This document shows positions 19,711-38,905 of a DNA stretch of 64,000 nt, one piece after another. Origin of the DNA: the human T2T-CHM13v2.0 reference genome, Homo sapiens; the NCBI GenBank assembly GCA_009914755.4, contig CP068257.2, positions 10,752,001 to 10,816,000 of the forward strand, written 5' to 3'. Position 1 is the first letter of the stretch, and the number at the start of each line of letters is the position of its first letter. The position numbers and the translations under genes are program-made. The notes beneath the pieces were generated by a model. It made no database searches. It saw nothing but the letters and a program-made list of their open reading frames with translations, and had not been told where the DNA came from.

Positions 19711-20760
19711 CAAGGGGAGGCACCAAGATGGCCAAATAGGAACAGCTCTGGTCTACAGCTTCCAGCACTATCAACACAGAAGACAGATGATTTCTGCATT
19801 TCCAACTGAAGTACCTGGAACTGGTTGGACAGTGGGTGTAGCCCACGGAGAGGGTGAGCTGAAGCAGGGTGGGGCATCACCTCATCCAGGAAGTACAAGG
19901 GGTTGGGGGATTTCCCTTTCCTAGCCAAGGGAAGCCATGACAGATGGTACCTGGAAAATTGGGACACTTCCACACTAATACTGCACTTTTCCAACAGTCT
20001 TAGCAAATGGCACACCACGAGATTATATCCCACACCTGGCTCGGAGGATCACACACCCATGGAGCCTTGCTCACTGCTAGTGCAGCGGTCTGAGATCGAA
20101 CTGGGAGGCAGCAGACAGGCTGGGGGAGGGGCATCCACCATTGCTGAGGCTTGACTAGGTAAACAAAGCCACTGGGAAGCTTGAACTGGGTGGAGCCCAC
20201 CACAACTCAACGAGGACTGCCTGCCTCTGTAGACTCCACCTCTAGGGGCAGGGCATAGCTGAACAAAAGGCAGCAGAAACTTTCTACAGCAGAAGTTTCT
20301 ACAGCCTTAAACTTCCCTGTCTGACAGCCCTGAAGAGAACAGTGGTTCCCACAGAATGGAGTTTAAGCTCTGAGAATGGACAGACTGCCTCCTCAAGTGT
20401 GTCCCTGACCCCCAAGTAGCCTAACTGAGAGACATCTCCCAGTAGGGGTCAACTGACACCTCATACAGCCAGGTGCCCCTCTGAGACAGAGCTTCCAGAG
20501 GAAGGATCAGGCAGCAACATTTGCTGTTCTGCAATATTTGCTGTTCTGAAGCCTCTGCCAGTGATACCCAGGCAAACAGGGTCTGGAGTGGACCTCCAGC
20601 AAACTCCAACAGACTTGCAGCTGAGGAATCTGTTAGAAGGAAAACTAACAAACAAAAGCAATAGCATCAACATCAACAAAAAGGACATCCACACCAAAAC
20701 CCCATCTGTAGGTCACCATCATCAAAGACCAAAGGTAGATAAAATGACAAAGATGGAGAG

Positions 20761-21769
20761 AAACCAGAGCAGAGAAGCTGAAAAGTCTAAAAACCACTGC
20801 ACCTCTTCTCCTCCAAAGTGTCACAGCTCCTCCACAGCAATGGAACAAAGCTGGATGGAGAATGACTTTGATGAGTTGACAGAAGTAGGCTTCAGAAGGT
20901 TGGTAATAACAAACTTCTCCAAGCTAAAGGAGGATGTTCGACCCCATTGCAAGGAAGCTAAAAACCTTGAAAAAAGATTAGATGAATGGCTAACTGGAAT
21001 AAACGGCGTAGAGAAGACCTTAAATGACCAAATGGAGGTGAAAACAATGGCACAAGAACTACGTGACGCATGCACAAGCCGATTTGATCAAGTGGAAGAA
21101 AGGGGATCAGTGATTGAAGGTCAAATGAATGAAATGAAGTGAGAAGAGATGTTTAGAGAAAAAAGAGTAAAAAGAAATGGACAAAGCCTCCAAGAAATAT
21201 GGGGCTATGTGAAAAGACCAAATCTACTTGTGATTGCTGTACCTGAAATTGATGGGGAGAATGGAACTAAGTTGGAAAACACTCTTCAGAATATTATCCA
21301 GGAAAACTTCCACAACTTAGCAAGGCAGGCCAACATTCAAATTCGGGAAATACAGAGAACACCACAAAGATACTCTATGAGACGAGCAACCCTGAGACAC
21401 AGAATTATCAGATTCACCAAGGTTGAAATGAAGGAAAAAAGGTTAAGGACAGCCAGAGGGAAAGGTCGGGTTACCCACAAAGGGAAGCCCATCAGACTAA
21501 CAGCGGATCTCTCAGCAGAAACTCTACAAGCCAGAAGAGAGTGGGGGCCAATATTCAACATTCTTAATGAAAAGAATTTTCAATACAGAACTTCATATCC
21601 AGTCAAACTAAGCTTCATAAGTAAAGGAGAAAGAAAATCCTTTATAGACAAGCAAATGCTGAGAGATTTTGTCACCACCAGGCCTGCCCTACAAGAGCTC
21701 CTGAAGGAAGCAGTAAACACAGAAAGAACAACCAGTACCAGCCACTACAAAAACATGCCAAATTGAAAA
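20761..21769 (+). pseudogene. L1 ORF1 (ORF1p) remnant of about the right length, with an in-frame premature stop at 21143-21145. A consensus CGA (Arg) has become TGA.
   Basis: The translation ..SSTAMEQSWMENDFDELTEVGFRR...EERGSVIEGQMNEMK* then MFREKRVKRNGQSLQEIWGYVKRPNL...KNMPN* is collinear with L1 ORF1p. Confidence 0.8.
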
Positions 21770-21831
21770 GACCATCGATGCTAGGAAGAAACTGCATCAA
21801 CTAGTGGGCAAAATAACCAGCTAACATCACA

Positions 21832-25776
<3,945 letters not shown>

Positions 25777-25969
25777 CAAGTTAATGGGTGCAACACACCA
25801 ACATGCCACAGGTATACATATGTAACAAACCTGCACGTTGTGCACATGTACCCTAAAACTTAAAGTATAATAATAATACATTTTAAAAAAGAGAATTTCT
25901 TTGTTAGTTTTCATCACAATGATTGATCTGTCTAAAGCTGTCAGTGGGATGTTCAAATCCAGCACTATT

Positions 25970-27338
<1,369 letters not shown>

Positions 27339-29364
27339 TGATTATCTCAATCTTCCAATTCCCCCCAACCACCAGTGAATTATTTCTGCTAATTTTTTTT
27401 TTTGTTTTTGAAAAGAGAATGATGGAAACCCACCCTGTTCCAGTGGGAGAGTACAGGGATTCCCTGGAAAGACTCTGGCTTGGAGCCCTCAGACCAGAGT
27501 TTAGGTCCAGGGGTCCACTTGGTGACTCAGGAGAAACCCTGGACCCCACCTCAAGGAATCTTGGATCCCCCGGTGGGGGTCTCAGAAGCAGGAGGCTGCT
27601 GGGCCACGGCAGGGACAAGGCTTTCTCTGGCACCCCCATGCAAGGTTCCTCCATAGAAAGAAATCATGTTGCCCGTTCCGCAGCAGGCATGCCATCCCAG
27701 GCCCCTGAGACCCCCAGGGGACATCCCCGCTCTGCCAACCGTGTGAATACACTCCACCTCCCGGCCTCTGCCATGTCACAGATGACTTGAGGCTTCAGAT
27801 GAGTGACTCCCCAGAGTCACATGGGCCTATGCTTGGGTCCCAGCCTCTTCTATGACCCTTGAGGTGGTTCTCAGCATAGGAGGCTGATTTCTAGGCCTCT
27901 ATGTGCTGTTCTGTGAATGGGACAGGTAACAGACCTCTATGGCAGGCATGAAATGCCAAGCTCCCACCACAAGGCCTGGCAACAAACTCTCAGGAAATTC
28001 AGGTCATTCTCTGGGAGTGGCCACAGATGCTTCTCAGAACCCCAATCCCTGGCACTGCTCCAGCCCATGCTGGACCCTTCATCATCCAGGTGTCCCAGGC
28101 CCACAAGTATCTGACATCTCAGGTGGCACTTGTGGCCCACTGTGTGACCCTAAGCATACCTCCATGTTCTCTGGGCTGAGTTTCTGAGCCGCCACAGCTC
28201 TGCAGAGCCCAGGCTGTGGGCTCCAGCCCCTGACCTCCAGCTTGACTTACTAAATGTAATCTCCAGGGCTAATTTTAATCCTGGGCAGGAATTGGACACA
28301 TTCCCATGGCTAGGATGAGTCCCTGGAGGCTGGAGGTGACACCAACCCACAGGACCCAGTGCCAAGATAATCCCCCAAATGACCCCTATGCATGTGGTCT
28401 CATGAGAGCAGGGACTGGGGCTGATCTTGGGCCTGAGTCTCTTGAGCATAGAAGGCTCAACTAAGCCCTTTCTCAATCTGTCTCAATTTTAGTTATAGGG
28501 ACACTATGGCTAGTGCAGAGGTCACGTGACAGGGAAACCCCGAGAGACAGGAAGTTGGGGGCCTTTCTGGACTGATGTCCTAGAGCTGAGACAGGAAGTG
28601 AATTCCATGCAGAAGAAACAGCAGGTACAAGGATCCCAAGGGGGAGAGAAACAGCAGTGAGGTTGGAGTGGGTGGGGAGGGCAAGAGGCCACAGAGGCTG
28701 GGCCACACTGGGCCTTCTGAGCTGCAGGAGGCTCTGGGTTTTAGTCTAAGAGCAAAGACGAGCTATGAGAGGGTTTTGAGGAGAGAAGGGATGGGGCTGA
28801 TTTATCATTTTAACATGCAGCTCATGGCTACCATGGAAAGCAGGACTATCAGGGCTGGGGTGGAGATGGCAGGAGGCTGGAGATGAGGTCAGGGCTGTGT
28901 CCATCTGAGCAGAGCCTGGGGCGGTACCCTCTCTGTGCTGGTCTGTACCTCACACTGTAAGTCACTGGATCCCACGGCTTATTTGGCCCTCCAGAACATC
29001 AGGAGGTCCCCCACCAACTCTGGTGCGAGGTGACAGGTGCAGATGAGTTGATGCAGGGCTTAACTCTCCTGACCCCCCATGACACCGGAACTCTCCTGAT
29101 CCCATCACCGAAGAACCAAGCTGTCCCCCACTCTGCCCCTGAGAGATCAAGCTCTAATCATGGCCTCCCTTGCTCACACATTCTCCATGGTTCCACATTG
29201 GCCTTGTGAGAAAATTTCTGCATCCAGCCTGACATTCAAACACCTTGCCCTAATCAGCTCCTGCCTACTTCTCTCTATCTTTGACAAATATTTCTGTCTA
29301 GAAGGTCCTTTTTTCCCTTCTTCACCTAGCCAACTCCTATTCACACTTCAGAACTCAGCTCAGG

Positions 29365-29636
29365 TCAGATGAGGTGGTTCATGCCTGCAATTCCAGCACT
29401 CTGAGAGGCCAAGACAGGAGGATTGCTTGAACCCAGGAGTTTGAGACCAGCCTGAACAACCTGATGTAACCCCATCTCTACAAAAAATACAAAAATTAGC
29501 TGTGTGTGGTGGCATGTGCCTGTAGTCCCACCCTGAAGTAGGAGGATCAATTGAGCATGGAAGGTCAAGGCTGCAGTGAGCAGTGATTGTGCCACTGCAT
29601 TTCAGACTGAGCTACAGAGAAAAAAAAACTCAGCTC
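29365..29636 (+). mobile_element. Alu SINE, diverged (AluJ-like).
   Basis: ggtcagatgaggtggttcatgcctgcaattccagcactctgagaggccaagacaggaggattgcttgaacccaggagtttgagaccagcctg..., with an A-rich end. Confidence 0.85.
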
Positions 29637-30559
29637 AAGAAAAAGCATTCCTCCAAGAAGCCCTCCCTGTTGTTCCTCTGGAATCCCACAGTCCCCATCC
29701 TTCCCCTGTAGTTCTGACCCCATGGGGCTGGCAGTAGATACATCCAACTTTGTCTCCCCTAGACTAGACAGCCCTCTAGATCAGGCCTAGGAGTGGACAG
29801 TAAAATTTAGAGAGTGCAACAGGTGAAGAGAGACGTGACTGACTCCCTCCTCTTTAGCTTCCCTTGACAACTTCCTCTCAGACTGCCCCAGCTGATATCC
29901 TGCCCAAAAACACACATGCTTGCAAATCCAGCCACTAACCATTGACCTGTCTTGGACTCAAGTGTGAAGAGTCAGCCAAGAATGCAGACCTGGAAGCCTA
30001 GGGTGTATGTGTGTGTATTTGTAGTCAAGTGAAAATCCCACCCAAGCTCCAGACAGACCCTGGTGGCCCATTCTGCAGATGTTGGTGAGGTTGGTATTTC
30101 TGTGGAGGTGTCAGCAAAGGTTGAATGTGCCAGGCATGAGGCAAAGGCCAAGGTTTAGGGGGACTTCTACACACACAACTTCCCCCTTGCCTCGTCCAGC
30201 CAGAAAGCAGAGAGCAGTGGCATCTGCCCAGCACAGAGGCAGATGGATGGATCCACTCACCCGAGGATAGAGCAGGGAAGACGGGACAGGAGAAATCCAA
30301 GAGGGCTTCTCAGGGGAGGAGGCATGTAGTTTGGCTTAGATACAGAGGCTAGACAGGGGCCTGAGCAGATGAGTAGGGGACTGGGCATTTGAAGCCAAGG
30401 GTCTTGCACCTCCCTACCCCTTTCTTTGCACCCTCATACTCGAGCATTTATTAGCAACTTGTGCTAACCACTGAGCTAAGCTGACCTCCAAGTAATTAGA
30501 AAGCTTAAGTAAACCAACATCTGTAGATGAGAAAGGTGACTGAGGACCTACTGTTACAA

Positions 30560-30650
30560 AGGCAAGGTAATTTGAGGCTGCAATGAGCTACGAGCAACTG
30601 TGTTCCAGCCTGGGAGACAGAATGTAAAAAAATAGTAATAACAGAAAGTA
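30560..30650 (+). mobile_element. Short Alu 3'-end fragment.
   Basis: gaggctgcaatgagctacgagcaactgtgttccagcctgggagacagaatg resembles the Alu right-arm end. Confidence 0.5.
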
Positions 30651-31579
30651 TACATCAATCTCAATTTTTTTTAAAAAGGCAGATGGTTTTACAGTTGTTT
30701 TATCAAAACTCAAAGAACAGGAAAGCCCAAATTATTTCAACAAAGTCAGACCTTTTAAACAGATGATAGCTGCCCAAGTCATTTTTATGAAACTTCTTTA
30801 TATCAAAACCTAAGTCTAAAAAGAGAAAAGTGTTGACCTTGATACGGGCTGTGTTAGGCAGAGATTTCAATGAAGTCCTCTCTGAAGAGGTGACATTTGA
30901 TCTGAGACCTGAAGCACCAGAAAGAGGCAGCCAAGCCAGGAAGAGGCAGGAATGGGAAGGTCTAGGGAAAGACTGGTCCTGGCAGGCGGAACTGCAGTGG
31001 CAAAGGCCCAGCGGTGATCAGGAGCTTGGCATTTGCAAAAATAAAGAGTGTGTGTGACTGGACAGCGTGAGCAAGTGGGCAGAGGAGGAGATCGTGATAG
31101 GGTGTGCATTGGTCAGGCCACCTAGGTCCTGGAGCCCACAGTGAGAAGCATGGGCTTGACTCTGAGGGCAAAGGAGAGCCACGGATAGTTTGGGTAAAGG
31201 GGAAAGTTGGCATTTAATTTTATAGCTTTTTGAAGTTTGTTTTGTTTTCTTAGAAACAAGGTCTCAGTCTGTTACCCAAACTGGAGTGCAGCTCAAAATA
31301 TTTTCCAATTTATCTTGTGATTTTTTTTGATCCAATGATTTAGAGGTGGGTTGTTAAATTTTCACATATTTTCAGATGTCCAATATTTCTTACTGTTGTT
31401 AGTTTCTAATTCTGTTTCAGTCAGATAACTTATTTGTTTTCCCTGTCTCTCCTGTCTTCTGATCCTGTTTTTCCATTGACTACCATTTTTAAAATCAACT
31501 TATTTCAGTGTGTCATTTACAATCCTATTTTAATTTTTTGCTCTTTCTCTGAAGTGGTTGTTCCAGGGATTATAATGTG

Positions 31580-33230
31580 CTTTTCCATTTTTCCAACGAA
31601 TGAAGAACGAAGTGATCGACTTCTTGCCTCTGCCGGGGCTCTGAAGCGCTGCCCCGAGGCGGTGGATGGAGGGTGTCAGGCGTGACATCAAGAGCTCTGC
31701 AGCCAGGGCCTGGGACAACCTCCCGCTCCACCTCCCCGGAGCCTCGCAGCCAGCATCCCCAGCGGCCCGTGCGCCCCGGCCAAGCGGGACCTCAGCGCTG
31801 TGGCGGCCGCAGACCTCACCTGGGCAGGCCCCGGGCTGCATGCGGACCGCCGGGCGCCCAGGACTCTAGAGGCAACCAGCGGGCTGGATCCGCACAGCGG
31901 CCCTGGGAAATGGATGGTGTACAGGGGACAAAGCTACACACGTCTTTCATTTTGGAGGGGGGAAAAAAGAAAAAACGGAAATGAAAGATAGAAAATGTGT
32001 GGGCTCTCCGTCCTTTCCTTTGCTCCTGAGCGCTCTCTGGGGTGGGGGGCTCAGCGAGCTTCAAGAGGTGGCCGAGATTCCCCCACCTCGCCCCCAGATC
32101 CCCGGGAGAGGTCAGCACGGCCCCTCCCTTGGGTGTCACAGAGACCGATGCGGGTCCCGCTCCCCGGGAAGGAGTGGGTCTGGGTCCAGTCCGCAGGATC
32201 CCCTCGCGGATGCTGACGCTGAATGGAGTTGAGGTGGGGGCAGCGCTGGACCCCAGGGTCCCTGCCTGCCTCCTGGGGAGCCCGGTGACCCAGGCAGCCC
32301 TGGTGAGGCCGCAGGAGTCTGGGCCCTAGCGACGCACCCGGGCTCCCACAGGACGAATGTAGACGGTGAGGCCAAGGACGCCCTGCTGCCCTCGGGACTG
32401 TCCCTCCAGCCCCCAGCTTTCCGTGGCTATTGGGCCCCCTCTGCAGAGGGGCAGGGGAGCCCACCCTGGATCCTGAGGCGCCGAGCTTGAGGGACCCCAG
32501 AGCTCCAGCCAGGCCGCTTTCTTTGAGGATGGTGAAGCTGAGGTCCCGAGGAGGGCAGGGGCAGGTCCCGGGCGCTCCTCAGGCAAAGGGAGCCGATTTA
32601 GGGGCTGGGGTCACAGGAGGGGCTTCTGCGACCTCTAGGGCCCTAGAGCCCGGGAGGATGAGAGACTGGGGGCCTTTCGTCCACCCCTGGGGCTGGGCAG
32701 ACGCTCAGCCTGTGCAACCCGAAGCTGCTTCTGCCCAGTCCCAGCCGCGGCCCCTTTAAGAGGGGGTGGTGCTTCAGCCTGGCGCCAGGGACGCTGCCAG
32801 CATGCAGGCCCCGACGGAAGCCGAGACTGCGCTTCGTGCGAGGCCCGGGCAGCATCGGCGGCGTGGTCAGAGCGAGTCTCGGAGAAGATGTGGTGGCTTC
32901 CGTTTGTTGGTGGAGGAGGTGGCAGGCCTCGGCGGTAAGTGGAGGGGGATGAACCCCACCTGGAACCCTCTGGGTCTCCCTACTCCTTCCCGGCCGCTCC
33001 CTGCTTTCGGGCCCTCACTTCTAAGTGGGCATCTGGGCCCGAGTCGTCAGCGTTGGGGCGGTTGTGGGATCCGGGCCTCGGCAGCGTCCACACCCCCGCC
33101 GGGAAGGCTATGCCCCTGTCCGACCCACGTCCAGCCTATAGGAGCGCCCTGGCCCAGAGCCGGCGGTGAAGCGCTGGACTGGGTCCCTCCGAGCCCCACG
33201 GGCCTCTGAGCTGGGGTCTAGGGTTATTTT
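31580..33230. promoter_or_regulatory. CpG island (~1.6 kb, CpG dense and GC rich). It is probably the promoter and first exon of an unidentified gene.
   Basis: Dense CG dinucleotides, for example ggcccgtgcgccccggccaagcgggacctcagcgctgtggcggccgcag and gcatcggcggcgtggtcagagcgagtctcgg, set against GC-poorer flanks. A consensus donor, cctcggcg|gtaagtgg, sits at 32929/32930, downstream of ATGs at 32801 and 32887. Confidence 0.7.
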
Positions 33231-33407
33231 TTATGCCTCAGGACCTTTAGAAAGAGACCTCGCTAGAGCAGGGGACATCTGTAGTTTCAATTCTTTGAGG
33301 AGTTTCCAGCTATTTAACTGTTTTCCATGGTGTGTACCCTAATTTTCATTTCCACCTACAGTGTATGAGTTCCCCTTTCTCCAAAACCAAACCCCCATTC
33401 CAATTTG

Positions 33408-33702
33408 TTTTTGTTTTTGTTATTTTGAGACGGAGTCTCGCTCTGTCTCCAAGGCTGGAGCGCAGTGGCGCCATCTCGGCTCACTGCAACCTCTACCTCC
33501 CGGTTTCAAGCAATTCTCCTGTGTAGCTGGGACTACAGGCGCCCGCCACCACGCCCGGGTAATTTTTGTATTTTTATTTTTAGTAGAGACGGGGTTTCAC
33601 GATATTTGTCAGGCTGGTCTGAAACTCGTGACCTCAGGTGATCCACCCGCCTTGGCTTCCCAAAGTGCTGGGATTACAGACGTGAGCCACGGCTCCCAGA
33701 CC
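33408..33702 (-). mobile_element. Alu SINE carrying a small internal deletion.
   Basis: Alu reverse-complement consensus. The stretch ctcctg|tgtagctggg lacks the usual cctcagcctcc. Confidence 0.85.
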
Positions 33703-34349
33703 CTCCTATTTTTAAAAAAATTTTCTAGGAATATTCAATAAGTGTGAGACTATCTGCGTGTGGTTTTGAATTACAGTATTCTAATGAATAGTTAATTTTG
33801 AGGACCTTATCTCTTATCTGTTGTTCGATTTTATATCTGTGCAGAATTGTCTCTTCAGGTTATTTGCGAAATATTAGATTGGATTCTTTTTCTACTTTGT
33901 ACTCTTTTTTGTGTACACGTTAGTTGACAACTCCTCGTGAATTACATGATTGCCTGAAATTTTTGCATAATCTATGGGATGCTTTTTTATTTGGAAAGTA
34001 GTTTTCTTTGCTATGCAGAAACTTTTCACGTTGATGTAGTCCCATATTTTTTTTTTTTTGCGTTTTATGCGTGTCATAATGGTCACCCATATTAGAAAAT
34101 ATGCATCAGTAACAAAGCATTTAATTGTCAGTGAGGTTTTTCTTCCAGGGTGTTTGTTTCTTTTCCTCTTTGCAAAGGTTAACAGAGATTCAAGTGACCC
34201 AAAATATATGCTCAACCTGTGTTTTACTTAAGTAAACACAGTAATTTTTTAAAAAACATTTTGTGGTTTATGGTATTTTGTTTTGGCCTTCAGTTGATGG
34301 GGGGGGCGGTTGATTTTCATACATCGTGTAAAATAAGGGTCCTGTTTCT

Positions 34350-37300
34350 CGCTTTTGCATCCGGATATCATTTTTCTCAAAGCTATTCATTGATCAGACT
34401 CTGCCTTCCACGTTGTGGTGTTCTTTATCAAAGTCAGTTGACTGTGTCCATATTTGTGTTGTTTTTGTCCTCCCTGTTTTTGTCCATAGTTCTAGGTATT
34501 TCTTTTTATGCAAGTACCATATATCTACTGCATAACTACAACTTGGCAATTTAATTTGATATCAAGGATTATGGGTTCTCACTTTGATTGTATTTCTCAA
34601 GATTCCTTTAGATATTCATTGCTTTTGTGGTTCCCTGTGATTTTTAGCACTATGTATTTATTTCTGTTAATTTTTTTACAACATAAAGGGCCATAATTAG
34701 GGGTACATTTTTATACATATATATTGGGTAATGATCAAATCAGGGTACTTAGGATCTCTATTCCCTCATACAGGTATTATTTTTGTGTAAAGAGAACATT
34801 CAAAATTCTCCTTGCTCTTTAGAAAAATGTAATACGGTTAAGTCCAGTCACCAGGCTGAGGAGAACACTCAGATTTATTCTTTTAATGTTAAGATAACTT
34901 TGTTTCCATAACCAATCCTTCTCCATTCCCCTTCTGTCTCCCGGACTCTGGTAACCAATATTGTGCTTTCTACTTCTTTAAGATAAACATCTTAAGATTT
35001 CACATGAGTGGTATCATGCAGTGTTTGTCTTTCTAGGCCTAGCTCATCACATTTAACATAATGTTTTCCAGGTTCATCTGGGTTGCTCTAAATGACACTG
35101 TTTGATTATTCTGATAGCCGAAGAATATTCCCCAGTGTATGTATATGAGAGTTTCTTGATCTCTTTATCTGTGGGTGAACAGGTAGGTTGAATGTATAGC
35201 CAGTAGTGGGACTGCTAGATGGTATGGTATTTCCTTTTTTTTTTTCTATTGTTTGCAGGACCCCCAACTGTTTTTTATAGTGTTAATACCAATTTACATT
35301 TCCACAAACAGTCCCCCTTTCTGGAAATTCATACTAGGAATTTTCTTTTTAAATATTTTAATCTTTTTGTGATGTTCATTCTAGTTGGAGTGAGATAAGA
35401 TCTGAGAGTGGTTTTGATCTACATTTTTCTCATGAGTAGTAATGTTAACCACGTTTTTATAAATGTTGAATCTGTTTTCTGTCTTCTTTGCACAAATATC
35501 TACTCAGGTTATTTGCCCAATTTTGGTCTGGTTATTTCTCTGTTGTTTTGTTTTTTTGCCAGCTGTTAGTGTTACTGGCTTGTGCCTTTTCAAAAGTAAC
35601 CTGTTATCCACTGTATGTTTGCCCAAACTTTTCTTATAAGTTTTAGTATGCCTTTTCATTTTGTTCGTTCTTTCCTTTTTTGGGCACAAATTCTTCAGTT
35701 TGATGAGGTACCACATGTGTATAATTTCTTGGTTAGTGTGCTATTGTTTACTAATCAAGAAAAAACAAAATCAGTGCCAAAGCAGTCCATTGTCAGTGAT
35801 TTTTCCCTTGTATTTTTGTTACTTTTTGCAAACTGTGAGCATACATCCAAGTTTCCCTAAATATACACACACTCGAGGTTGTGTTTATAAGAGCTTTATG
35901 GTTGCAAGTTTTGTGAATTATTTCTGTATTATTTAGTACCACACTTTTTGTATTATTTAGTACACTAAATATATTTTGTATTATTTAGTATAAATACAAA
36001 ATAATACAAAATAAAAATATTTTTTATTATTTAGTACACACTATTTGTATTATTTAGTACCACACTTTTTGCAAACCGTGAGCATACATCCAAGCTTCCC
36101 TAAATATACACACACTCGAGGTTGTGTTTATAAGAGCTTTATGGTTGCAAGTTTTGTGAATAATCTTTAATCCTTTTGAGTTAAAGTGTTTTTTTTGGTA
36201 CCACAAGAGTCCTGTATTATTTAGTACCACAAGAGTCCTGTATTATTCTTTTGCATATGGATATCTAGTTTTGGAAACCTTCCCCATTGTGTTGTTTTGG
36301 TGGTGTTTTGAAAAATGTGTTCACTCTGTGTAAATTTGTGTTTATTATTGAGCGCTCTCATTTTGCTCACTGGTCTGTGTTTCTCTGTGTATGCCAGTAA
36401 CATATGGATTGGTTAACTAGGGATTTTCGTTTAATTCGAACTCAGGGAATGTGATGCAGCCCATATGGTTTGTATTTCTCAGGATTGCTTTAGAAATTCA
36501 GGGTGTTTCGTATTTCCACATAAATTTTGGCATTGTTTCTTTGTATTTCTTAAAACACTATTTGCCATACACTAAGTGTATATAAGTAGAGGGTACAAGG
36601 AAGATTTCGATACATGTATATGTTGAGTAATGAAAAAATCAAGTTATTTAGCATCTCTTCACCTCATAGTTACTACTTTTTGAGTGGTAACAACATTCAG
36701 AATCTTTCCTTCTAGCTACTTTGAAATATATGATACATTTGTATTAAGGCTAGTCACCCTGCTGTAGAATAGAAGACCAGAATTGATTACTGTCATCTAA
36801 GAGTAACTTTGTACCCATTACTGATTCCTTCCCCGACCCTCTCCACCTCCCCAGCAGCCTCTGGTAATCCCTATTGAACTTTCTACTTCTAGGAGATAAA
36901 GCTTTTTTCAGTCTACATGTCTGAGATCACGTGGCATGGGACTTTCTCTGCCAGGCTCATTTGTTGGACCTGATGTTCTCCAGGTTTCTTCATGTGGCTG
37001 CAGATGGCAGGATTTCCCAAAGCTTTATGGCTGAAACATATTCCGTGGTGTATCTGTATGGCAGTTTCTTCATCCCTGAAGCTGTGTACGGACAGGTAGG
37101 TTGGTTTTGTATCTTGGCCACAGTTAGGGGTGCTTTAGTACCCATGGGAAGGCAGGTAACTCTCTTCAACCTAGGGATTTCAAGTGCTTTAATTGTGGAA
37201 CCAGTGATGGGGCTTCTAGCTGACATGGTAGTTGTACTGTGAATTTTTTCAGGAACCTCTAGCTGTTTTTCATAGTGTGTATACTAATTTACATCCCCAC

Positions 37301-38520
37301 CAATAGCATTTAAGAGGTTTCTCTTCTGTAAGTCTACACTGGCTGTCACCTTTAAAAATTTGTGTTTTGTTTGTCTTTGGTAGTATTCATTCTGAGTGGA
37401 ATGAGATGGACTCTTAGTGTGGTTTTTGTGGACATTTTTGTGAGGATTGGTGATGTCGAGAAAGTTATTTGAGAAATCCCCACATCGTTTTCCATGGTGT
37501 CTGAACTAGTTTGCATTTCTACCAACAGCAGACCAGCATCCTCTCCTCCTCTGCCTCGCTGGCATTCATTCTTGTGGACTGTGTCATAATTGTCATTCCG
37601 ACCAGTGTGAAATACTATCTCATGGGCCTTTTGCTTTGCATTTCTCTGATGATTACTGAGGTAGAGAAATGTCCTGTCCGTTGGTTGCTATAAACCTTCC
37701 TTTGAGATGTGTGTTTTCATGCCCTTTGCCCTTTCTTCACTGAGTTTTTGTTTTGCTGATTTATTTGCTTAACATTTTTGAGGTAGATCCTGGAAATCAG
37801 ACTTCATGAGATGCATATGTGGGGACATTTTCTCCCATTGTGTAGGCTTTCTGTTTACTCTGTTGGTAATTTCTTCTGCTGTTCAGCAGCTCTTTTATAT
37901 ATTAGGTCCCACTTGTCAATAATTGTTTTAGTTGCACTTGCTTTTGGGGACTTAGGCATATCCATGCTGTGCCAAATCCTCTGTCAGGAAGTGTATTTCC
38001 TAGGTTCCCTTGCAGGCTTTTAATAGTTTGAGGTCTTGCATTTACAGCTTTCATTCATCTTGCGTTAATTTCTGTACATGGTGAGACACAGGGGCCCACT
38101 GTTTTTCTTCTGCAACTGGCTAGCCGTTTTATCCCAGCACCATCTATTGAGAGGAGGGAGTTCTTTCTCCAAAGCTTGTTTGTGTGGTTTTTGTTGAAGA
38201 TGAAGAAATAGTGTCAACCTGGTGTTTGATGTCCAATGTTCACCAGGCTCCAGGTGGACACCTCTAGAAGTAGATCTTTACAGATGAGAACCTGGAACTG
38301 GTTTGCTGACCCGTTTTAGTCGGAATGAATTCCTGACCTTCTTGTCAGGAGGAGACAGAAACCTGATCATCTGTAGTGTACGGTGGTATCGTGATTACTT
38401 AAATCATCAAATGTGGTTATTGGGAATGATGTGTTTTTTCAAGTGGTATATGAGAGGTAAAATTGCTATTGTAGTTGACTGTTGCAGTTATAATTTTGTC
38501 AACATGGTCTGTAAGAGTGC
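34350..38520 (-). mobile_element. Old LINE-1 (L1M-type) 3' portion in minus orientation, fragmented by local duplications.
   Basis: Several stretches are the reverse complement of the L1M ORF2 3' region and 3'UTR. Examples are ccatgagtggtatcatgcagtgtttgtctttc...ttccaggttcatc and attctgagtggaatgagatggactcttagtgtggtttt...tttgcatttctaccaacagc. Confidence 0.65.
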
Positions 38521-38529
38521 AATGGAGTC

Positions 38530-38905
<376 letters not shown>

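Noticed and set aside
31530-33209. Many overlapping 60-147 aa ORFs on both strands (e.g. 32051-32464 minus, 32766-33209 plus) as candidate genes.
   Set aside because: This is a GC-rich CpG island where stop codons are rare, so long random ORFs are expected. The peptides are Pro/Arg/Gly-rich with no recognisable domain. Only the short ATG-to-GTAAGT stretch is kept, and only as a candidate exon.
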